A stretch of DNA of 43,435 nucleotides from IMG/VR virus record IMGVR_UViG_3300033145_003435, positions 1 through 43,435 of that record. The stretch is one strand, 5' to 3'. Origin of the DNA: a virus. Its lineage: Duplodnaviria > Caudoviricetes. Position 1 is the stretch's first letter. Each line of letters begins with the position of its first letter. A program made the position numbers and the translations under genes. Shown here in pieces: positions 34,877 to 43,435 of the stretch. The notes below the pieces were generated by a model. That model was not told the origin of the DNA and did no database searches. It was given only the letters and a program-made list of their open reading frames with translations.

Positions 34877-35878
34877 TTATTGGACTAGGTACCGCTTATA
34901 CTGGTCACGCTTACGTTCCGCGCTAACCTGGGCATATATTTGTGTTGTTGCTGGGTTCTCATGCCCTAGAATAGCCTGTACACTGCTTATATCTGCTCCA
35001 TTGTTGAGCGTCAAAGTCGCGAATGTGTGCCTCAATGTATGCGGATGGACATTCTTTTTTATTCCTGATCTCTTAGCAATCTTTTTAATCTCTCGCTGGA
35101 TGCTTCGGCTTGATAACCTTCGATAGGGCTTTCGTTCAGTAATAAATAGCGCTGGTTCATCATCGAGCCGGGTCATGAGGTATTTTTTCAAATGATATAT
35201 AGCTTTAAAGCTGAAAAATACTTCTCTTTGCTTGTTCCCCTTACCAATTACTAAGGCCGACATAGATTGATAGTTAATGTCCTCTTTATTCATCCCTTGT
35301 ATTTCGCTTAACCTACCAGCTGTGGCATAAAGCACCTCTAACAATGCCCTTTCCCGGTATGTATTACAGGACTCACGTAGCATTTCAAGTTCCTCTATCG
35401 TTAATGCCTTCGGTAATCGCTGCTCTTTCTTCGGGGGCTTTATCTTCCGGGTAGGATCTCGCTCTATTATTTCCTCAGCAGTCAGCCAGCCGAAAAAACT
35501 TTTTAGCACCGATAATTTTTTAGATATCGAACTTGTTTTTAATTTGGGAAATTCGGCCAAATAGCTACGAATATCTCCGGTTGAAATTTGTTCAACAGGC
35601 TTACTAACATTCCTGCCAAATATTTTTAGCTCTGACTTATAGTCATCCAGTGTTAATGGGCTGAGCCCTTCTAATTTTTTAGCTGACAAAAACTGTTTTA
35701 CTTTGTCTTGTATATCCTGATGCATTCCCTGTAGCTGGGACGGTCTTACATCGTACAGAGAAATTATCCCTGCTAATTTCATTTGGAGTTGTGCCTGGTC
35801 TACCTCAGGGCACATCTGCATTACTTCTGAAACCAATTGAACTACCATTTGCTTACTGCAATTTTCTGTAATAGGCAT
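34877..35878 (-). CDS. XerD-like tyrosine recombinase with core-binding domain
   Basis: GRLSE, GKGNKQR, HPHTLRHT, LGH, TTQIY; GLS..TL..Y SAM-like domain. Confidence 0.95.
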   Translation of the reverse strand: MPITENCSKQMVVQLVSEVMQMCPEVDQAQLQMKLAGIISLYDVRPSQLQGMHQDIQDKVKQFLSAKKLEGLSPLTLDDYKSELKIFGRNVSKPVEQISTGDIRSYLAEFPKLKTSSISKKLSVLKSFFGWLTAEEIIERDPTRKIKPPKKEQRLPKALTIEELEMLRESCNTYRERALLEVLYATAGRLSEIQGMNKEDINYQSMSALVIGKGNKQREVFFSFKAIYHLKKYLMTRLDDEPALFITERKPYRRLSSRSIQREIKKIAKRSGIKKNVHPHTLRHTFATLTLNNGADISSVQAILGHENPATTQIYAQVSAERKRDQYKRYLVQ

Positions 35879-35911
35879 AATACAAATACCTCCTTCCCTA
35901 GCTACAACTGC

Positions 35912-36916
35912 TCATTTATCTGTTTTTGGAGGAACATAAATCTCGCATTGACCAGCAAGAATACTTGCAGGAGACTGGCTTTCATTCATAACAGGTTTAT
36001 ATTTTGCTGTCTTTGGGCTGCCCCTCTTCGAGTTATTGTCATACTTACCCTCAAGTATCTTGATCATATTATTCTCGTTCATGATCCAGTCAAAATCAGC
36101 ACACCAGCACCGTTCATTGCTACCTTTCATGAAAGTACTGGTCTCAGCTTTTTTGAATACCTGAGTAAATACTTCGATTTTTCCTCGATGCTGATTCCAC
36201 CTTGCTTGAATATGCGTTTTTCGGTTCTCAGTTATTTTTATAACCCGCGGATAAGAAGGACACCTTTCATGAAAAAGATCAACTATTTTCTGATACGGTA
36301 CTTTGTCTTGATCAAGATCACTCTTCTTCTTCTTTCTTTTAATACTTTCTTTATCTTTCTTTAAGGGTCTGTCTATCCCGCTATTGTTGGGCATTTCGAG
36401 CGGTAAACTGTTAACTATCCGGTCAACTTCAAGTTGACTATCCGGTAAACTGTTTGTTGATTGTTCAGTAAACAGTTTACTATCCTGTGAATTGTTAATT
36501 GAACGGTAAATAGTTGTGTTTCTAAAGATTTTTTTATCCCATCGATCAACATAGACATTAAAGCAGTATGTATAAGGGGAAGTATTTTTATCTCGGATTA
36601 TAATGCCCCAGTTTACGAGCTCGTTAAGCTTTCTACTTATGAAGCTCTTGTCCATCCAAGTCTCATCTGTAAACACCTGATAGGGAATACGAGCATGTGT
36701 TCTACGCTTTTTAATTTTAGCTTCATGTTCACTATTCTCATCATGCCACGCATATGTTTCCAGCCATATAACATCTATAATTGCTCTATGGGAACCGGAT
36801 ATTTTTGTCTTTATTAAAGCTTTTAATGCGTCTTTAGCTAAAGGAAAACTCCCATTGTCCATATCTATTTTTGTAAGATACGTCAACATGATTTCCTCCT
36901 TTATTCTTAAATTCAA
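35912..36916 (-). CDS. phage replication initiator (O-like)
   Basis: N-terminal wHTH, C-terminal ADFDWIM...KILEGKY, internal iterons. Confidence 0.8.
   Translation of the reverse strand: MNLRIKEEIMLTYLTKIDMDNGSFPLAKDALKALIKTKISGSHRAIIDVIWLETYAWHDENSEHEAKIKKRRTHARIPYQVFTDETWMDKSFISRKLNELVNWGIIIRDKNTSPYTYCFNVYVDRWDKKIFRNTTIYRSINNSQDSKLFTEQSTNSLPDSQLEVDRIVNSLPLEMPNNSGIDRPLKKDKESIKRKKKKSDLDQDKVPYQKIVDLFHERCPSYPRVIKITENRKTHIQARWNQHRGKIEVFTQVFKKAETSTFMKGSNERCWCADFDWIMNENNMIKILEGKYDNNSKRGSPKTAKYKPVMNESQSPASILAGQCEIYVPPKTDK
36401..36515. repeat. putative replication origin iterons
   Basis: Repeated GTTNACTATCC and GTAAACTGTT-like units in the initiator linker. Confidence 0.65.
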
Positions 36917-37107
36917 TCATCCACTGCACGTCTTTCTAGTTTCTCCTGGGATGCTTGCTTCCAGCCCAGGCATCCTTTACCCTGGGCTGGATATGTATCC
37001 TTATTGCTTAACCGGCAGTATTCCTTCCGGACTCTATTTCTTATTTCGGCATAAGTCAGTGGCCTATCCGGAACAAAAAATGTGCAGGTTCCGCAGCATC
37101 GTTTCAT
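36913..37107 (-). CDS. Cys-rich hypothetical protein
   Basis: CGTC...C...C..W. Confidence 0.6.
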   Translation of the reverse strand: MKRCCGTCTFFVPDRPLTYAEIRNRVRKEYCRLSNKDTYPAQGKGCLGWKQASQEKLERRAVDD

Positions 37108-37124
37108 ATAAACACCCTCTTTAG

Positions 37125-37370
37125 CTATTGTTTAGGGCAATCTCTGTTGGGTCCGCCCGGCTTATCACCCCGTACTTCTTCGGGCATAATGCCTTTCCCA
37201 GTTATTTTTATTCTCCCTTCGTCAAACCATTGGGAATCCAAAATTTTACCTTCCTTTGCTAGTGGAGCTACACAATACTGATTACACCCATAAAGATAAG
37301 TAACTTTGCCTGTAATGATTCCTTCAAATCCGGTAATTTTGTCTTTTGCCTTTCGGCCTAATGTAGTCAT
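37125..37370 (-). CDS. conserved phage protein
   Basis: KDKITGFEG..TG...YL.GC, WFDEGR. Confidence 0.75.
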   Translation of the reverse strand: MTTLGRKAKDKITGFEGIITGKVTYLYGCNQYCVAPLAKEGKILDSQWFDEGRIKITGKGIMPEEVRGDKPGGPNRDCPKQ

Positions 37371-37386
37371 ATTTATTAGTCCTCCT

Positions 37387-37866
37387 CTATTTTTCTATTA
37401 ACCTAACTTCTACCGTCTTTCTCCCGAACTGGATCGCCTGGTCATATGCCTCTGGGCCTGAGCCCATGTAAATATCTATTCGATTACCTTTGATAGCCCC
37501 GCCGGTATCTTCGGCAACGTATCCGGGGACCCCATCTATGATTAGCTTTGAGCCATACGGTATTACCTCAGGGTCGACTGATACGGTCCGGTGCTCCCGG
37601 GGCCTTGTCATAGTAGCCGTAAACCCGTCTCCATTGCCGTCTTCTAGGGTGTAGGCGGTTGCTGCCATCTTATAGACTTGGTATGTAGGTTCTTGGTAGA
37701 TTTCCTCTGCTACATATTCAACTCCGGGGATCTCGGGAATCGGCTCCGGGATGGATACTGCTGTGCTGACAAATCCGTTCAAAAGACAGAGTACAAAAAG
37801 TGATACTATAATGATGCCTGTGTATGCCCAGTAGGGGACTCGCCGGTTTTGATATATTTTGGTCAT
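37387..37866 (-). CDS. membrane-anchored 3D-domain protein
   Basis: ATAYT, VDP.VIPYGS, AEDTGGAIKGNRIDIY. Confidence 0.9.
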   Translation of the reverse strand: MTKIYQNRRVPYWAYTGIIIVSLFVLCLLNGFVSTAVSIPEPIPEIPGVEYVAEEIYQEPTYQVYKMAATAYTLEDGNGDGFTATMTRPREHRTVSVDPEVIPYGSKLIIDGVPGYVAEDTGGAIKGNRIDIYMGSGPEAYDQAIQFGRKTVEVRLIEK

Positions 37867-38120
37867 ATCTCCATCCCGTGCTTCCGCAATTCGGTTTTCC
37901 AAAGTTCTTGGGTCTCCGGTGAGCAATGAGCCATCGCATCTAACCATGTTGGCCAGCACCCATGCTCGTTATAAAATTTGTACTGGTAGAACAAACTCTG
38001 TTTGTCATGTGGTTGTTCCGGATTATGCTTTATTGCGCATTCAGGGCATGTTCCGGGCGGTGTATTACCGATTAAACCAAAACTTCCTAAATGCTTTCCC
38101 TCAATTATTTTTACTTCCAT
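37863..38120 (-). CDS. hypothetical phage protein
   Basis: CPECA..H...PH, WPTW.DAMAHC. Confidence 0.7.
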   Translation of the reverse strand: MEVKIIEGKHLGSFGLIGNTPPGTCPECAIKHNPEQPHDKQSLFYQYKFYNEHGCWPTWLDAMAHCSPETQELWKTELRKHGMEI

Positions 38121-38292
38121 ATAGGATCACTCCTCTCGGTTGATTCGGTATCCATTCTGCCCAAGCCATCAGGCGGCCTGGACTGATATAATCTCTAATG
38201 GTATAATCAAGACGGTTAATTTTTGTTGTTCCGCCTCGGTACTTGTCCGGGCGGTTCTTTCTTTTTCTGCTTTTCCTGGACATGACTTTCAC
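38101..38292 (-). CDS. basic hypothetical protein
   Basis: GAGGTG RBS, probable ATG at 38283. Confidence 0.5.
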   Translation of the reverse strand: MKVMSRKSRKRKNRPDKYRGGTTKINRLDYTIRDYISPGRLMAWAEWIPNQPRGVILYGSKNN

Positions 38293-38308
38293 CTCGCTTT
38301 CTTCATTC

Positions 38309-38731
38309 CTAATACCAGGTCCACGGAGATTTCACATGCAGCCAGCATTTTCTACCCATCATCAAATAATCAAATCTCAGATACTTCCCGTTTCCCTTAT
38401 CCTTTTTCGCTGTTACCTTCTGAGGAACAAAACTTCTTCTGGATTCTGTCCCCTGAGCTGGAATAAAATTATTTAAAAAGCTCTTAAACATGCTGGCATC
38501 GGCATCATTAAGCTTCTCAAATCCCTTTACTTTTTCAGCATCTATTATCATCTTCAAATAGCAGCCGTTACCGGCAGAAATTCTCTCTTGTATGGTAGCT
38601 GTGCATCCTGTCCACCTGTCTTCTGCTTCCTGTGCCCACGCTTCAGCTTCCACACGAGTATTCCGGTTAGCACACTCGTAATCCTCAAATTCCGGAATCT
38701 GGATTTCGATATAAAACCTGTAAGGTGTCAT
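38309..38731 (-). CDS. hypothetical protein
   Basis: GAGGTG RBS, 140 aa. Confidence 0.65.
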   Translation of the reverse strand: MTPYRFYIEIQIPEFEDYECANRNTRVEAEAWAQEAEDRWTGCTATIQERISAGNGCYLKMIIDAEKVKGFEKLNDADASMFKSFLNNFIPAQGTESRRSFVPQKVTAKKDKGNGKYLRFDYLMMGRKCWLHVKSPWTWY

Positions 38732-38840
38732 ACTATTTCACCTCGCTTTCTTAATTGTCCATGCCTATTTACTCATCAACCGTTATCCCCAATTATGGTA
38801 ATATTTAATATAAGGGGCTGGGGCAAAAGGAGTTGTTTAC

Positions 38841-39005
38841 ATGTCTGATTATCAAAAACAAGACTTTGAAGTAATTGCTAAAGAAATTACTATTGCGCTA
38901 ATTCAAAAATGCGATTTGGTAAACCAAGATTTATCCGACTTTGCTTGTAATACTTTTGACCAGGTCTACAAGCAAATATATCAAACCGTTATCAAAGGGG
39001 AATGA
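38841..39005 (+). CDS. 54-aa counter-oriented protein flanked by inverted repeats
   Basis: AGGAG RBS; MSDYQKQDFEVIAKEITIALIQK...VIKGE; not in ORF track. Confidence 0.7.
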   Translation: MSDYQKQDFEVIAKEITIALIQKCDLVNQDLSDFACNTFDQVYKQIYQTVIKGE

Positions 39006-39023
39006 TTTAACTTTCCCAGCCCC

Positions 39024-39191
39024 TTATCTCAAACTCAAACGAACTATGGTATCTACTGTTTTATTGATTTGCTCCGATAACTGGACTGCCACTTCAGCCT
39101 TACTACTGACTGAGTAACTGCTATGCATATTAGTATCCGATAGTTTCTGTATCTCTCTAATTTGCTCTTCCAATACGGACTTGTAATTCAT
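39024..39191 (-). CDS. 55-aa hypothetical protein
   Basis: GAGGTGGAG RBS; MNYKSVLEEQIREIQK...LSLR; not in ORF track. Confidence 0.65.
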   Translation of the reverse strand: MNYKSVLEEQIREIQKLSDTNMHSSYSVSSKAEVAVQLSEQINKTVDTIVRLSLR

Positions 39192-39201
39192 TTACTCCAC
39201 C

Positions 39202-39699
39202 TCACTTTCTCATCTTCCATTCCCGCAGTCGCTTGTATAGTCTTTTTTCTCCGATTTGCACACCATTCTTGGATGCGACTTTTGCCAGCTCACATACAAG
39301 AATACTGTCTTTTGAAGTAGCACAGGTTTCCGCAAAAGCTACCAGCGGTTTCTGAACCTCCAGTTTGTCTGCCTGATCCGCAGCAAGCCGCAAAGCTTGT
39401 GCAAATGTTTGGGGCATTTGTTGCTGTTTTATTGTCTGTTCCATTTCTTCAAATTTCTTAGTATATGTAGCTGTAAAAGCGGTTCCCTTAACTCCAGTAA
39501 GCTTATTAGCTATTTAGTCACAACCAATTTTTGTGACTAAATAACAGGGCTGAGTTTTATTCTGGCTAGTTTTATAAGTGCTATCTATGAAGTAATCAGC
39601 AGGATTGATAGGAGCCTGCAACATTGCATGCTCTTTTGCTATCATTTCTGTTACTTCTCGGCTATCCACTGCAAATGTTCCTTTGTGGTTAATTACCAT
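39202..39699 (-). pseudogene. disrupted Rha/KilAC antirepressor
   Basis: DSREV..M, PCYLVTK.GCD*IANKLTG.KG..FTA.Y reads through an in-frame TAA at 39514-39516; KilAC part truncated. Confidence 0.85.
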
Positions 39700-39729
39700 T
39701 AAGTCGCTCGTTATTCCTCACCTCGCAAT

Positions 39730-39945
39730 TTAAATCGTCATCATCCATCTGGCTAGCCCGACTACCGGGATATAATATTTGCCTTTATTACAAATTCTTT
39801 TTGCCGGGAAAGTCTTGTCTGCAAGCAACGTCTGTCGATGGCAGCCAAACAGTGAGGTTACCTCTTGTATAGTTAAAACCTCCTTACCTGGGTACCGCTC
39901 AGCCAAATGTTCTAATTGTTCTCGGTATCCATCAGGTTCCCGCAT
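39730..39945 (-). CDS. excisionase-like HTH protein
   Basis: VLTIQEV..LFG..RQT, YYIP...LARW. Confidence 0.7.
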   Translation of the reverse strand: MREPDGYREQLEHLAERYPGKEVLTIQEVTSLFGCHRQTLLADKTFPAKRICNKGKYYIPVVGLARWMMTI

Positions 39946-39961
39946 CGATCAGTCCTCCTTT

Positions 39962-40642
39962 TTACATGGCATGTGTCAGAAATTTTTCTTTACTTGGTTC
40001 CAAGAAAGCTATTACCTGATAGTCAATAAGCCGCTGCTTACAGTCTTGATAAATTTGTTTATAGTGCTTGTCTTCTAAAATTCCTAGTTGGATGCAGTGT
40101 AGAATAATATTTTCAATGACATTCAGATTATTGAGCTGCATCACATTTGCGGTGTCACGGCTGGCGATTCCAGCCATTTTGTTGCCTAATTTTGAGTAGG
40201 TCATGTAAAACTTGTCTGCGTTCTGACTACCTTGTTCTTTGGCGTACTCTACGAGTTGCTTTATAACATCAGTTTCAGCTTTACGAGTCAGCTTGCCTTG
40301 GTAGCGTGTTTCCTGCCAAGTTTGGGTTTGCCGTTCTAAAAGCAATCGGCGCATAGCATAGAATTGACGCACGAGTTCTAATTTGAAAGCAACAACTACA
40401 TCCGTATTTTTAAGCAAGGTAATTAAAAAAGTAGCCTGCTCTTCATTTAGCTTGTAAATTTCTTCCGGTCTACCTCCAGTACTTTCTGTCTGATATGCGC
40501 CCAAAAGTCCAAAAGTTTTTAACTGTCGCTCGTGCTTCCGAATTGCGTCTTTTATTCTTCGATGAGCAATTCCGGTCCCCTCAGCAATAATCAAACTGGT
40601 AGTAAAAACATCGTTACCTTTAAGCGCCACTAAATTTGCCAT
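39962..40642 (-). CDS. Rha-family regulator/antirepressor
   Basis: TTSL.IAEG...H, GGRP..Y.LNEEQATFL..LL.N...V..FK..LV..F. Confidence 0.85.
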   Translation of the reverse strand: MANLVALKGNDVFTTSLIIAEGTGIAHRRIKDAIRKHERQLKTFGLLGAYQTESTGGRPEEIYKLNEEQATFLITLLKNTDVVVAFKLELVRQFYAMRRLLLERQTQTWQETRYQGKLTRKAETDVIKQLVEYAKEQGSQNADKFYMTYSKLGNKMAGIASRDTANVMQLNNLNVIENIILHCIQLGILEDKHYKQIYQDCKQRLIDYQVIAFLEPSKEKFLTHAM

Positions 40643-40888
40643 TGAGTATTCCTCCTTCCATTTGATTTTCAGCTTAGTTATATTTCTAAAAATTCTCAAA
40701 GTCGCTGAGCGGAGATTTGCTAATTTTCCCCTTTTTCTGGAAGTCCAAAATCAGCGTAAATACTGATAATTCTTAACAAATAAACACAAACAATGTAAAA
40801 TTTTCACAAGAGCTTTTCTATAAATATTCCATTTTGTTATTTTGCGTATCTTTGGTTTTCTCTGTTTTTCTCACCTAATCGCAATATT

Positions 40889-41122
40889 TCATTTTTTTAA
40901 ATATTTAACGTTAAACTTTGTCCCGTCAGGAAAAACCAATTGTTTTGGATATCCCTGAAGTGCAAGCCAGTTATCTATTTTATTAATGGTTTGTTTTGTA
41001 AACGATGGTGTTATTCCTAAATGTTTTAAAATAGCTGCTATTGCTCTCCCATGGAATGACCCTGATGATGTGTATATTTTTAATCTTTGAGCAATCCCGG
41101 TTAAATTAGATCGTGAATTCAT
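40889..41122 (-). CDS. hypothetical protein
   Basis: Strong RBS, 77 aa. Confidence 0.6.
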   Translation of the reverse strand: MNSRSNLTGIAQRLKIYTSSGSFHGRAIAAILKHLGITPSFTKQTINKIDNWLALQGYPKQLVFPDGTKFNVKYLKK

Positions 41123-41162
41123 CTCCTTATCTCACCTCCTTTCTTAACTGGCCATTATTTTT

Positions 41163-41527
41163 TCGCGTATTATGCGACATATTGACTAAAAAAAATAGAA
41201 TTAACCTCTTCAATATTAAGTTTTAAGGCCTTTGCGATTAAATCAGCTTCCTTAATTGTAAAAGTTTCGCCCTTAGTATTTATTTTACGATACAGTGTAC
41301 TTCTATCAATGCCGATTTTATCGGCTAGCTTCTCTATTGAGATGTCTTTTTCAACTATTTTTCCTTTTAATTTATTTACGTTTACCATAAGTTCTCTCCT
41401 TTCAAAATAATTTCGCATTTCATGCGACTAATTAAATATTACTACCGAGCATATTGTTTTGCAAGTTTTTTTTGCTTTTTATGCGAATATTTTTTATATT
41501 CAGTGGAATACTGTTGCATATATGCGA
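41163..41527. promoter_or_regulatory. CI/Cro operators TYGC...ATGCGA
   Basis: 41163 TCGCGTATTATGCGA; 41413 TCGCATTTCATGCGA; 41472 TTGCTTTTTATGCGA; 41514 TTGCATATATGCGA (14 bp). Confidence 0.7.
41170..41388 (-). CDS. Cro-like HTH regulator
   Basis: KLKGKIVE...EKLA..IGI.RSTLYRK; AAAGGAG RBS before ATG 41388. Confidence 0.9.
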   Translation of the reverse strand: MVNVNKLKGKIVEKDISIEKLADKIGIDRSTLYRKINTKGETFTIKEADLIAKALKLNIEEVNSIFFSQYVA

Positions 41528-41564
41528 TTTTAATATTATAATACAATTTATGGGAGGGATTTAC

Positions 41565-42362
41565 ATGAATATAGGCAATAGAATTAAAAACAGAAGATTA
41601 GAACTAGGTTTATCAGTAGAAGATGTTGCTGCAAGACTTAATAAAAACAGAGCAACTATATACAGATATGAAAGCAATGAAATTGAAAACTTACCAACTA
41701 CTGTATTAGAACCACTAGCTGAGATACTTCAAACTACCCCCGCTTTTTTAATGGGCTGGGAAGATGATCCTTTTGATTATGATAATTATGAAGGGTACAT
41801 TCATCCTATGTTTGACGGGGACGCTAAAAAACAAATAGCATTTGAAAAAGCAGTAGACGAGGGTGTGGAGCAAGAACAAATAGAAGTATATAAACATGCT
41901 CAGGAACATTTGAAAAAATATACTCGTCTTGATAAGCATGGCAAACAAATTGTAGATACGATTACAGATATCGAATATGAGCGCATAACCGGATTAAACG
42001 AGCAGGCAGCTACTTATGATTTCCCCTTATTAGGCAAAACAGCAGCCGGCATCCCCTTGGAATATAGTGATCCTAGCTTTAATACCGTAACCGTTCACGA
42101 CGTTCCTAAAGGTGCTAAATTTGCCCTGTGTGTTGCTGGTGATTCAATGGAACCCATTATACCAGATGGCTCTATTGTCTTCGTTAAACCACAACCAGTG
42201 GCTGAGAACGGTGAAATTGTTGTCGTGGAAATAGATGGGGCTGTTACTTGCAAGAAGATTCACAAAGAGGATGGTAAAATTGAATTTCGTTCAATAAATC
42301 CAAAATATAAACCAATTACAAAATTTGAAAATATCAGGATTATTGGAAAAGTAGTTTTGTAA
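41565..42362 (+). CDS. CI-like repressor (HTH plus S24 autopeptidase)
   Basis: HTH; AAG cleavage site; GDSMEP and TCKK catalytic Ser/Lys. Confidence 0.95.
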   Translation: MNIGNRIKNRRLELGLSVEDVAARLNKNRATIYRYESNEIENLPTTVLEPLAEILQTTPAFLMGWEDDPFDYDNYEGYIHPMFDGDAKKQIAFEKAVDEGVEQEQIEVYKHAQEHLKKYTRLDKHGKQIVDTITDIEYERITGLNEQAATYDFPLLGKTAAGIPLEYSDPSFNTVTVHDVPKGAKFALCVAGDSMEPIIPDGSIVFVKPQPVAENGEIVVVEIDGAVTCKKIHKEDGKIEFRSINPKYKPITKFENIRIIGKVVL

Positions 42363-42400
42363 ATCATGGTTATAGTATTTGAAAGGAAGTGGAAAAAATA

Positions 42401-43435
42401 ATGGCGAAGAAAAAACCCAAATACTATGTCAGGCCTGACGGTCTTCATGAGGCGATCCGGATTATCAATGGTAAGCGGGTTCCCTTCCGGGGGCGAACTG
42501 ACAGCGAAGTTGAACAAAAGATGATAGCATATAAAGAAAAAGAAGAACGCGGTCCGTTGTTTTCTGAAGTTGCTGAACAATGGAAGGCAGAACATTTTCC
42601 CACCTTGTCTCCCAGTACAGCGAAGGGCTATACGGCAAGCTATAACCGGGCTAAAGATCGTTTTAAAGAGATCCCTATAAAAGAATTAACCCCAGCTGAC
42701 ATCGATGCTATGTTGCAGAATATGGGCAGGCAGCAGTATGCACGTAAAACAGTGGCCACCCAACTACTGATATTAAATTTGATCTGTCGTTTTACCGTGT
42801 TGGAGGGCACAATAAAAATCAACCCATGTATTTCAGTGAAAGTCCCTAAGGGATTAAAATACACCCCCAGAGACTTACCCTCAGACGAAGAATTAAAGAT
42901 TGTAAAAGAAGGCTGGAATTTACCTGGTGGTTTACTGCCATACTTTATACTTTATACTGGATGCCGCCGTGGGGAGGCCATCGCTATTACCCACAAAGAT
43001 ATTGACCGTAAGCGGAAGATTATCACCATTAATAAATCTGTATGCTACAGTGATCTGGCACCCTTTATCAAGACGCCAAAGACTTCAGCAGGTACCAGAG
43101 AGATAATATTATTGGATAAATTACTGGAAGTACTTCCACTAGGAATTGGTGACGCCCTTCTATTTCCTGGTCCGGATGGGGGCATTATAAAAGAATCTAC
43201 GCTAAAAAATAGATGGAATAAATGGCGGAAATTAATGGATGTTACATTAACACCTCATCAACTCCGACATGGTTATGCAACTATGTTATATGAAGCAGGA
43301 ATCGAAGAACGAGACGCTATGGATTTACTCGGACACGCCGATATTAAAATGACTAAAGTCATTTATACCCACATTAGGAAAACCAGAAAAGACAAAACAG
43401 CCGCTATATTAAATCAAGCTGCCGAAACATTTTAA
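42401..43435 (+). CDS. prophage tyrosine integrase
   Basis: Arm-binding-like N-terminus, GCRRGE, PKT, HQLRH, LLGH, IYTH. Confidence 0.95.
   Translation: MAKKKPKYYVRPDGLHEAIRIINGKRVPFRGRTDSEVEQKMIAYKEKEERGPLFSEVAEQWKAEHFPTLSPSTAKGYTASYNRAKDRFKEIPIKELTPADIDAMLQNMGRQQYARKTVATQLLILNLICRFTVLEGTIKINPCISVKVPKGLKYTPRDLPSDEELKIVKEGWNLPGGLLPYFILYTGCRRGEAIAITHKDIDRKRKIITINKSVCYSDLAPFIKTPKTSAGTREIILLDKLLEVLPLGIGDALLFPGPDGGIIKESTLKNRWNKWRKLMDVTLTPHQLRHGYATMLYEAGIEERDAMDLLGHADIKMTKVIYTHIRKTRKDKTAAILNQAAETF

Larger units (their letters stand above)
4555..43435 (-). mobile_element. temperate myovirus prophage (HK97-type head, Xkd-like contractile tail)
   Basis: Canonical module order: integrase, immunity, replication, packaging, head, tail, lysis. 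Confidence 0.95.

Noticed and set aside
40700-40875. Possible small gene between 40889 and the Rha gene
   Set aside because: The RBS-led frame stops after 18 codons; at most a remnant
41170-41180. TTATGCGACAT matching the right arm
   Set aside because: Better explained as half of the 15-bp CI/Cro operator at 41163

Overview
The window holds two adjacent mobile elements from a low-GC Firmicute, probably a spore-forming clostridial host (inferred from gene content and sigma-H-like promoters). (1) 1-~4554 is the end of an element with an HTH replication-type gene, a Cro/ImmR/ImmA switch and a large serine recombinase. That recombinase reads through a 27-bp copy of a tmRNA (ssrA)-type 3' end. 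(2) ~4555-43435 is an apparently near-complete temperate myovirus prophage, mostly on the minus strand. It has a tyrosine integrase, CI/Cro, Rha antirepressors, replication genes, two further tyrosine recombinases, HNH/terminase/portal/ClpP/HK97 capsid, a PBSX/Xkd-like contractile tail, lysis genes and a RosmerTA-like pair. Two signals stand out that the ORF track misses. (a) A family of 11-6-11 dif-like sites lies in direct orientation at the junctions of variable genes and in frame inside the tail-fibre gene, suggesting a gene-cassette exchange system run by the phage's XerD-like recombinase. (b) Two tandem cassettes each pair a DUF6338-like membrane protein tail-to-tail with unannotated 39-51 aa Pro/Lys-rich peptide genes; two peptides share an identical 16-aa N-terminus, and both strands carry sigma-H-like promoters. 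All family assignments are by eye; no database searches were run.
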